From contig JBAZOO010000005.1 of the NCBI GenBank assembly GCA_041648735.1, positions 1,862 through 65,861 of the forward strand: a stretch of DNA of 64,000 nt, in the 5' to 3' direction. The notes below the pieces were generated by a model that saw nothing but the letters and a program-made list of their open reading frames with translations, did no database searches and had not been told where the DNA came from. Shown here one piece after another: positions 57,218 through 64,000 of this stretch. The first letter of the stretch is position 1. Each line of letters begins with the position of its first letter. The position numbers and the translations under genes are program-made. This DNA is from Lentisphaeria bacterium. Its GTDB lineage: Bacteria > Verrucomicrobiota > Lentisphaeria > Oligosphaerales > CAITYL01.

Positions 57218-57302
57218 GGAACTCTCCGGGATGGGCTGGAAAGTCCTCAACATAATCGCGGATTCCGATTCCCGGTTGCCGGTTGCCGAATTGGAACCTG
57301 GC

Positions 57303-58154
57303 TCAGAGGCAATGGCAGCGGCCCAAGGGACGCCACACCCGCGGCTCGGTGGCGACGAACCGCGCCAGCACCGGAATCCCCAGCGCCGCCGCCAGGTGCG
57401 ACACCCCCGAGTCGTTGCCCACAAACCGCCGCGCCCGCCGCCGCAGCGCCGCCGCCAGTTCCGCCAACGCCAAACCCTCCACCACTTCCGCCGCGACGCC
57501 GGCCGCCGCCAGCGCCGCCAGCACCGGCCCGCGCACGGCGGCGTCCGCCTCCCCGAACGAGACCACCACCGGCGCCCCGGCCGTCCGGAGCCGCCAGCGC
57601 CGGGCGACCTCCGCAAACCAGGCCGGCGCCGCGTTCTTCCGCGGGCTCCCGCTCCCCGGATGCAGCCACAGCGCGGCCGCCTCCCGGTTGCGGCCCGCCG
57701 CGGCCGGCTTCCCCCAGGACGCCAGTTGCGGAGTCCGCAACAAGTCGGCGGGGACGGGCAGGCCGGCGGCGCGCAGGAAGCTGGCGGCGGCGGGTTCCGG
57801 GCCGGTGGGGCGGGGGGGGATCCAGGTGGGCGTGATCCCGTGCCGGGCCAGGTTCGCGGCGAGGGTGGGATCCGCTGCCAGGAAGGCCAGGAACCGCCCG
57901 CCGCGCCAGGTTTCCGGCAGCGTTGCGGACTCCGCAAACAAGGCTGTGCCGGCCGCGGAGTCCGCATCCCGGAAGGTGATGGCCGTGGCCAGTTCCGGCG
58001 GCAGCAGGGGGCGGTAGGCGGGGCGGGAGAGCAGGATGACCGGATCGCCGCGCCGGAGCAGTTCCCGCAGCAGCGGCAGGGTCAGCAGGAAATCGCCGAG
58101 GGCGCCGTTGCGGTAGACGATGGCCGGGGCCTGGGCGGGGCGGCCGGCGCCCAT
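57303..58154 (-). CDS. Glycosyltransferase family 9 (heptosyltransferase-like), intact copy
   Basis: IVYRNGALGDFLLTLPLLREL...FVGNDSGVSHLAAALGIPVLARF. Its ATG overlaps the stop of the upstream TPR gene by 1 nt. Confidence 0.8.
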   Translation of the reverse strand: MGAGRPAQAPAIVYRNGALGDFLLTLPLLRELLRRGDPVILLSRPAYRPLLPPELATAITFRDADSAAGTALFAESATLPETWRGGRFLAFLAADPTLAANLARHGITPTWIPPRPTGPEPAAASFLRAAGLPVPADLLRTPQLASWGKPAAAGRNREAAALWLHPGSGSPRKNAAPAWFAEVARRWRLRTAGAPVVVSFGEADAAVRGPVLAALAAAGVAAEVVEGLALAELAAALRRRARRFVGNDSGVSHLAAALGIPVLARFVATEPRVWRPLGRCHCL

Positions 58155-58804
58155 CACGGGGCGAGCCGCTTCAGGGCCTCCAGCGCCTGGTCGGCCACAT
58201 TGCCCTTGGCCCCGGCGACCGCCAGGCGGTAGTGGCTTTCGGCCTCCGCCCGCTTGCCGGCGGCTTCGGCGCAGCGGCCGGCGCCCAGCCGGGCCAGGGC
58301 GGCGAGATAGTCGTCCGAGCCTTGGCTGGCCTCGGCGGCGCTGACAAAGAGGGGCAGCGCCTCGGCCGGCCGGTTTTGCGCCTCGGCCGCCACCGCCTGG
58401 CCGTAGAAGGCCTTTGCCCGCAGCACGCTTTCCGGATGCATGTTGCGGAAGACGTTGAACAGCTCCGCCGCCTTCGCGTACTGGCCGGCCTCGAGTTCGG
58501 CCTGGGCCTGGCGGAAGCGGGCGATCTCCTCGGCGCGGGTGCCGGCGTGCTCCACCACCACCTTGGCCAGCGCCTCCGGGGTCTGCGCCGCCGCCACGGC
58601 CGCCAAGGCGGAAGCCGTCTTCGCCTCCCGCCATTCGGCCGTCCAGCGCACCGCCGCCACGGCCGCGACCACGGCCACCAGGAGCCAGGTCAGGGTGTTG
58701 GCGTGCCGGGAGAGGAATTTCACCAGGGCGTCGGTGCCATTGGTCTCGTGGCCGACGGCGATTTCGCCTTCGGCAAGGGTCGGCTTGGGCTGCGGCTTGG
58801 CCAT
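58154..58804 (-). CDS. Membrane-anchored TPR-like protein (YfgM-like architecture)
   Basis: Start MAKPQPK at 58804. One TM helix (LTWLLVAVVAAVAAV) followed by Ala-rich TPR-like helices. Confidence 0.55.
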   Translation of the reverse strand: MAKPQPKPTLAEGEIAVGHETNGTDALVKFLSRHANTLTWLLVAVVAAVAAVRWTAEWREAKTASALAAVAAAQTPEALAKVVVEHAGTRAEEIARFRQAQAELEAGQYAKAAELFNVFRNMHPESVLRAKAFYGQAVAAEAQNRPAEALPLFVSAAEASQGSDDYLAALARLGAGRCAEAAGKRAEAESHYRLAVAGAKGNVADQALEALKRLAP

Positions 58805-58973
58805 GCGGTCGGGTCTCCCAGGGCGGTGGGCGGGTGGCGGTCGGAGGCATTCCCAAAGGCCGGCTAATGTATCACCTGAAACCCCGCCTGCCCGCGCTTG
58901 CATTCATCTCCGGCTTCGGTAGAGTAGGGGGCTTGGGTGGCCGCCGCCAACTGCCGCGCCTGGGGAGGGGAGA

Positions 58974-59714
58974 ATGGACGCACGCATGACGCCGAGAGCC
59001 GACAGCCCCTCCCATCCCCGACCCGTGCCGCCGCGCCAGCTCCCCGACTTCGGGCTGGTGCTGGCCGGCGGCGGCAGCGGCAGCCGCTTCGGCGCGGCAG
59101 GCAACAAGCTGTTGCTGGAATGGCGCGGCCTGGCCGTCTTCTGCCACCCCCTGCGCACCTTCCTGCCGTTCCTGGCGCCGGCGCACGTGGTGGTCACGGC
59201 GCCGCCGGCGCTGCTGGCGGAGTTCCGCGCGGCCTTGGCGGCGGCGGGGCTGCCGGTGGCCATCCGGGTGCTGCCGGGGGGCGTGACGCGGCTGGACTCG
59301 GTGGCCGCCGGGGTGGCCGCCCTGCCGCCGGCGGTGCGCCACGTGGCCGTCCAGGATGGTGCCCGCCCCTTGACTTCGGCGGAGCTGTTCCTGGCCTGTG
59401 CGGAGTCCGCACGGCGCCATGGCAGCGGCGTCGCGGCGCGGCCGGTCACCGACACGATCAAGGTGGCGGACGCCGCGGGGCTGGTCCTCGCCACCCCCGA
59501 CCGCGCCAGCTTGTGGGCCGCGGAGACGCCGCAGGTTTTCCGGCGCGACTGGCTGGAGGACGGCTTGCGCTCGGCCCGCGCCCGCGGCGTGGCGGCCACC
59601 GACGACGCCCAGGCGGTAGAGCTGGCCGGCCATCCCGTCCGCCTGGTCCGCGCCACCGCGGCCAATCCGAAGATTACCTGGCCGGATGACTTGGAACGGC
59701 TGTTGCCGGCGTGA
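58974..59714 (+). CDS. ispD: 2-C-methyl-D-erythritol 4-phosphate cytidylyltransferase
   Basis: LVLAGGGSGSRFG...VAVQDGARPL...PVTDTIK...ETPQVF...TDDAQAVE...NPKITWPDDL. Confidence 0.85.
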   Translation: MDARMTPRADSPSHPRPVPPRQLPDFGLVLAGGGSGSRFGAAGNKLLLEWRGLAVFCHPLRTFLPFLAPAHVVVTAPPALLAEFRAALAAAGLPVAIRVLPGGVTRLDSVAAGVAALPPAVRHVAVQDGARPLTSAELFLACAESARRHGSGVAARPVTDTIKVADAAGLVLATPDRASLWAAETPQVFRRDWLEDGLRSARARGVAATDDAQAVELAGHPVRLVRATAANPKITWPDDLERLLPA

Positions 59715-59790
59715 TTGCGGGCGGCTTCCGGGGCTACAGTACCGGCGTTCTTCCACCGTCCCGGCCCGAACCTTGCGGAGTCCGCACCCC

Positions 59791-60669
59791 ATGCAGCACC
59801 GCTTCTGGAAATACGAAGCCCTCGGCAACGACTATCTGGTCCTCGACCCCGCCAGTTGGGGCGAGGGCGCGCCGCCGCCGGCCGCGGCCATCCGCCGGCT
59901 GTGCGACCGCCATTTCGGCCTGGGCTCCGACGGCATCCTCTGGGGGCCGCTGCCGGCCGCCGGCGCCCTTTGCGGACTCCGCATCTTCAATCCGGACGGC
60001 AGCGAGGCGGAGAAGAGCGGCAACGGGCTGCGCATCTTTGCCCGCTTCCTGCTGGACAGCGGCCGGGCGCGGGCGGCGGCGCCCTTCCAGGTCAACACCC
60101 TGGGCGGGGTGGTGGAGTGCCGGGTGCTGGCCGGCGGCGGGCGGGTGCGGGTTGGCATGGGGCGGGTCAGCTTCCGCAGCGGCGACATTCCGGTGGCGGG
60201 GGAGGACCGGGAGACGCTCCACGAAACGACGCTGGTCGGCAGCCCCATGACCCCGATCATCTTCTGCGCCGCCTCGGTCGGCAACCCCCATTGCGTCGTG
60301 CTCAACCCGCCGACGGTGGACGAGGCGACGGCACGCCGGCTCGGGCCGCTGCTGGAGACGCACCCGCTGTTCCCCAAGCGCATCAACGTCCAGTTCCTCC
60401 AAGTGCTGGACCGGCATGCGATCCGCATCGAGATCTGGGAGCGTGGCGCGGGCTATACCCTGGCCTCGGGCAGCAGCGCCAGCGCCGCGGCGGCCGCGGC
60501 CTGCAAGCTCGGGTTGTGTGCCAGCCCCGTGCGGGTGCGGATGCCGGGCGGCGACCTGGAGGTCGAAGTCGCCCCCGACTTCCAGGTCGTCCAGACTGGC
60601 CCGGTCCGGGCCGTGGCCAGTGGTGAGGCCGCCGCCGACCTTTTGGCGGCCCTCGCCGGCGAAGGCTGA
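59791..60669 (+). CDS. dapF: Diaminopimelate epimerase homologue with Ser in place of both catalytic Cys
   Basis: FWKYEALGNDYLVLD, RIFNPDGSEAEKSGNGLRIFARF, VGNPHCVV, WERGAGYTLASGSSASAA. The fold signature is clear, but the CGNG and SGAC cysteines read SGNG and SSAS. Confidence 0.75.
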   Translation: MQHRFWKYEALGNDYLVLDPASWGEGAPPPAAAIRRLCDRHFGLGSDGILWGPLPAAGALCGLRIFNPDGSEAEKSGNGLRIFARFLLDSGRARAAAPFQVNTLGGVVECRVLAGGGRVRVGMGRVSFRSGDIPVAGEDRETLHETTLVGSPMTPIIFCAASVGNPHCVVLNPPTVDEATARRLGPLLETHPLFPKRINVQFLQVLDRHAIRIEIWERGAGYTLASGSSASAAAAAACKLGLCASPVRVRMPGGDLEVEVAPDFQVVQTGPVRAVASGEAAADLLAALAGEG

Positions 60670-60736
60670 GGGGGGGCACCCGGCGGCCGGGCACGGCGGC
60701 ATTATGGTATGCCCCATTCAACCCGAGGCGCCGCCG

Positions 60737-62074
60737 ATGCGACTGTTTGCCCGTTTGCTCCTGATTGCCTTTGCCGGCCTGCTGGCCCGCCCTTTGGCCG
60801 CCGCCGACCTGGGCGACGAATTGGATGACCAAGGCGCCTTCTGGGCCGCGGACGTCGACGCGTTCATGGCCAAGCACCGCACCGTCCTCTACTGGACCAC
60901 CGGCGACCACGCATCGGCAACCCACTATGCCAATCGCCTGCCGGAGCCGCTCCTCTTTGCCGGGCTGCCGGCCGCGGAGGCGACCGTGCGCTTTGCCGAT
61001 GGCAAGCCAGCCAAGGTCGAGCTGGTGCTGTTCAACCGCGCCGATGCGGGCGAGCAATTTGGGCGCAAGCAGTTCGAGGCGAAGGTCGCCGAGGTGCGCG
61101 GGCGGATCAGCGCCTGGGCCGGTTCCCCCGGCCGCGCCGGTGGCACCCAGAGAGTGACCGACAAGATGCGCATCGAGCAGCACTTTTGGCGGAAGGGGCC
61201 GCACCGGCTGGAACTGGCCTGGAACGCCAGCGGCGGCGCCGACCGCAAGTTCCGCGCCGAGTTCATCCAGCTCACCGTGGCGCCGGCCGCCGTTGCCGAC
61301 GCCAACGCGGGCACGGCGGCACGTCCGGCCGCCACCGCCCTGCAAGTCCGCGGCGACGCCCGCAAGGCGGACTTGAAGGCCAATGTCAAGACGGAGGAGG
61401 ATGGCAGCGTCTACATCGCGGGCGTGCCGATGGTTGACCAGGGGCCCCGCGGCTACTGCGCCGTGGCCGTCAGCGAGCGCGTCCTCCGCTACTACGGCAG
61501 CGAAGTCAACCAGCATGTGCTCGCCCAGCTTGCTGGCAGCGACGCGGGCATGGGCACGAAGGTCGAAAACCTCTTTCTAGGCTTGAAGAAGGCCGGCGCC
61601 CGGCTGGGGATCACGGTGCGCGAAGTGATCCCCCTCAACGGGAGCGAGGTGGTCAGCCGCTTCAAGGGCTACAACAGCTTCGCCAAGCGCGCCAAGGTGG
61701 AGATGGTCGCCATCCCGCGCAATGGCGGCACCATCGACCAGCTCTACGAACAGGTTGATCCCGAGCGGTTCCTGGCGTTCATGAAGGAAAAGGAGAAGGG
61801 CGACTTCCGCAAGTTCCAGGACGCCATCACCCGCACCGTGCCCACCGGCGTGCCGCTGGTCTGGACGGTCATCGTCGGGCTCTACCCCGAAACGCCGGCC
61901 CTGCCCCAGGCCCGCGGCGGCCATGCCCGGCTGATCATCGGCTACAACTTGAAGACCCAGGAAGTCCTCTACACCGATTCCTGGGGGGCGGGGCATGAAC
62001 TCAAGCGGCTGCCGTTCGACCAGGCCTTTGCCATGACCACCGGCCTGGCGACGTTCGTGCCGCGCGGCCGCTGA
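60737..62074 (+). CDS. Secreted protein with C-terminal papain-like/C39-like Cys-His peptidase-like domain
   Basis: Signal peptide MRLFARLLLIAFAGLLARPLAAA. QGPRGYCAVAVSERVLRYYG ... GGHARLIIGYN ... YTDSWG suggests a Cys/His/Asp arrangement. Confidence 0.45.
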   Translation: MRLFARLLLIAFAGLLARPLAAADLGDELDDQGAFWAADVDAFMAKHRTVLYWTTGDHASATHYANRLPEPLLFAGLPAAEATVRFADGKPAKVELVLFNRADAGEQFGRKQFEAKVAEVRGRISAWAGSPGRAGGTQRVTDKMRIEQHFWRKGPHRLELAWNASGGADRKFRAEFIQLTVAPAAVADANAGTAARPAATALQVRGDARKADLKANVKTEEDGSVYIAGVPMVDQGPRGYCAVAVSERVLRYYGSEVNQHVLAQLAGSDAGMGTKVENLFLGLKKAGARLGITVREVIPLNGSEVVSRFKGYNSFAKRAKVEMVAIPRNGGTIDQLYEQVDPERFLAFMKEKEKGDFRKFQDAITRTVPTGVPLVWTVIVGLYPETPALPQARGGHARLIIGYNLKTQEVLYTDSWGAGHELKRLPFDQAFAMTTGLATFVPRGR

Positions 62075-62201
62075 CCGGCGCCGCCCCGGCGGCACGGCCC
62101 AGCGGCCGCTTGCATTCACGCTGGCTGTGGCTACCTTGACGCTTTTCCGTAGATCCAGCGTTAAATCCAGCGGCAACCTGGAAACCAGGAGAGACGACGT
62201 G

Positions 62202-63368
62202 ATGTTTCGCAAATTGCGGATGGGCATGGTCGGCGGCGGCAAGGGCGCGTTCATTGGCGAGGTGCACCGGAAGGCCTCGCGCCTGGACGGCCAGATCGAG
62301 CTGGTCGCTGGCGCCTTCGACATTGTCCCGGAGAAGTCCCGGGAGATGGGTGCCGAGCTGGGGCTGTCCGGGCACCGGGTCTATGGAACCTACCAGGAAA
62401 TGATCGCCGGCGAGCTGGCGCTGCCGGCGGCGGAGCGGATCGATTTCGTCACCATCGTCACCCCGAACAAGAGCCACTTCCCCATCGCCAAGGCCTTCCT
62501 CGAAGCCGGCTTCCATGTCTACTGCGAGAAGCCGATGACTCTGGACGTGGCGGAGGCCAAGGCACTGGAGGAGACCGTCAAAAAGTCGGGCAAGGTCTTT
62601 GGGCTCAACCACAACTACACCGGCTACCCGATGGTGAAGCTGGCGCGCGACCTGGTCAGCCAGGGCGAACTCGGCGCCATCCGCAAGATCGTCGTCCAGT
62701 ACCCGCAGGGCTGGCTGGCCCGCGCCGAGGAAAAGGCCGGCTGCATGCAGGCCTCCTGGCGCACCGACCCGAAGCAGTCCGGCGCCGCCGGCAGCATGGG
62801 CGACATCGGCACCCACGCGGAAAACCTGGCCGAGTACATCACCGGCCTGCGGATCGTGGAAATCTGCGCCGACCTGACCGCGTTCGTGCCCGGCCGGCTG
62901 CTGGACGACGACGGCAACTGCCTGCTCCGCTTCGAGAAAGGCGCCAAGGGGCTCCTCCACGTCAGCCAGGTTTCCATCGGCGAGGAGAACGGCCTGGCCA
63001 TCTGGGTCTATGGCGAAGACGGCGGCCTCGAATGGCACCAGGAACACCCGAACTACCTTTACGTCAAGCGGATCAACGCCCCGGTCGAAGTCTGGCGCCG
63101 CGGCAACCCCTACGTCGCCGCCAAGAGCCCGGCCGCCGCCAAGGCGACCCGCCTGCCTTCTGGCCATCCCGAAGCCTTCTTCGAGGCGCTGGCCAACCTC
63201 TACTCCGGCTTCGCCGACGCCGTCCGCGCCGGCGACAGCGGCACGGAACTCCCCGCCGACGCGCTCGACTTCCCGACCGTCGCCGACGGCGTGCGCGGGA
63301 TGCAGTTCATCGAAACCGTCGTCGCCAGCTCCAAGGCCGGCGCCGTGTGGAAAAAGATGCCGGCGTGA
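62202..63368 (+). CDS. Gfo/Idh/MocA family oxidoreductase
   Basis: The Rossmann segment is [15 protein letters not shown], followed by VYCEKPMTL. Confidence 0.85.
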   Translation: MFRKLRMGMVGGGKGAFIGEVHRKASRLDGQIELVAGAFDIVPEKSREMGAELGLSGHRVYGTYQEMIAGELALPAAERIDFVTIVTPNKSHFPIAKAFLEAGFHVYCEKPMTLDVAEAKALEETVKKSGKVFGLNHNYTGYPMVKLARDLVSQGELGAIRKIVVQYPQGWLARAEEKAGCMQASWRTDPKQSGAAGSMGDIGTHAENLAEYITGLRIVEICADLTAFVPGRLLDDDGNCLLRFEKGAKGLLHVSQVSIGEENGLAIWVYGEDGGLEWHQEHPNYLYVKRINAPVEVWRRGNPYVAAKSPAAAKATRLPSGHPEAFFEALANLYSGFADAVRAGDSGTELPADALDFPTVADGVRGMQFIETVVASSKAGAVWKKMPA

Positions 63369-63438
63369 GCGCGAAACAAGTCCCACAACTCCCATCGGTC
63401 TTATAAGTCCCATTTCCCCAATCGTGAGGAGATCCGCC

Positions 63439-64000
63439 ATGTCCCGCCCCGTCACCCTGTTCACCGGCCAATGGGCCGACCTGCCCTTCGAAACCCTCTG
63501 CCAGAAGGCCAAGGAATTCGGCTACGACGGCCTGGAGCTCGCCTGCTGGGGCGACCATTTCGACATTGACGCCGCGGTGGCGGAGAAGGGCTACTGCAAG
63601 GGCCGCTGGAAAACCCTCGGCAAATACGGCCTGGACTGCTTCGCCATCTCCATGCACCTGGTCGGCCAGGCGATCTGCGACAACATTGACGCCCGCCACC
63701 AGGCGATCCTGCCCGCCGATGTCTGGGGCGATGGCAGGCCCGAGGGGGTGCGCAAGCGCGCCGCGGCGAAGATGGCCAAGGCTGCCCAAGCCTGCCGCAA
63801 CTTCCTGGACGCCAAGCCCGGCGGCGCCGGCAAGAAGGCCACCGGCGTGGTCAACGGCTTCACCGGCTCCAGCATCTGGCACAGCCTCTACGCCTTCCCC
63901 CCGACCAGCCAGGCGTACTGGGACGCCGGCTTCCAGGACTTCGCCAGGCGCTTCACCCCGATCCTCGACGCCTTTGCCCAGGTCAACGTGAACTTCGCCT
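63439..64000 (+). CDS. Sugar phosphate isomerase/epimerase (TIM barrel), 3' end outside window
   Basis: [51 protein letters not shown]. Open to the window end. Confidence 0.75.
   Translation, partial: MSRPVTLFTGQWADLPFETLCQKAKEFGYDGLELACWGDHFDIDAAVAEKGYCKGRWKTLGKYGLDCFAISMHLVGQAICDNIDARHQAILPADVWGDGRPEGVRKRAAAKMAKAAQACRNFLDAKPGGAGKKATGVVNGFTGSSIWHSLYAFPPTSQAYWDAGFQDFARRFTPILDAFAQVNVNFA

Larger units (their letters stand above)
55558..57396. repeat. Large direct repeat, copy 2 (1839 bp)
   Basis: See copy 1. Confidence 0.95.

Overview
High-GC (roughly two-thirds G+C by eye) bacterial chromosomal window with about 55 real genes. Most long ORFs in the six-frame track are antisense shadows of these genes. 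The gene content suggests Verrucomicrobiota (inference): an Akkermansia Amuc_1098-1102-type pilus-like cluster, a BatA-like N-terminal double-TM protein and a GGGtGRT/NifU-like pair. Order of content: partial ORF with a histone-H1-like tail, then ferritin. A kamA / 2x ATP-grasp / GNAT / thioesterase cluster. mutL. A cation:proton antiporter with a fused EIIA-like domain plus an HTH-EIIA protein. The secretin/PilM pilus-like cluster. guaB. The jag-yidC-yidD-rnpA-rpmH block. A homocysteine methyltransferase/MTHFR fusion. AT-richer island 1 (N4/N6 methyltransferase, nuclease-like HEAT-repeat protein, hicBA, small membrane protein, ssb with a replaced C-terminus). GGGtGRT + NifU-like. folC. A hexuronate catabolism set (kdgK, uxaA, uxaB). 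A nitrogen block (sigma54 activator, AsnA-like ligase, type III glutamine synthetase). recD2. A 1.9-kb direct duplication (isomerase 3' part + pepP + glycosyltransferase 3' end) bracketing AT-richer island 2 (zinc-ribbon/TM2 protein, 4-TM protein, COG4260-type SPFH-SHOCT protein). GT9, ispD, an atypical dapF, a secreted Cys-peptidase-like protein, and oxidoreductase/isomerase genes. Items most worth a second look: (1) a hyper-abundant 13-bp quasi-palindrome TGCGGA(C/G)TCCGCA, found in genes in all frames and as a terminator hairpin but absent from both AT-rich islands; (2) both islands are bounded by direct repeats (99 bp and about 1.9 kb), consistent with homology-driven (Campbell-type) insertion without an integrase; (3) the island-2 three-gene membrane cassette; (4) the methyltransferase + nuclease-like/HEAT pair; (5) a DapF homologue with both catalytic cysteines replaced by serine; (6) the kamA/ATP-grasp/GNAT cluster. 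No rRNA, tRNA or CRISPR array was seen. All calls rest on reading the sequence and on remembered family motifs. No database search was run, and start codons are best guesses.
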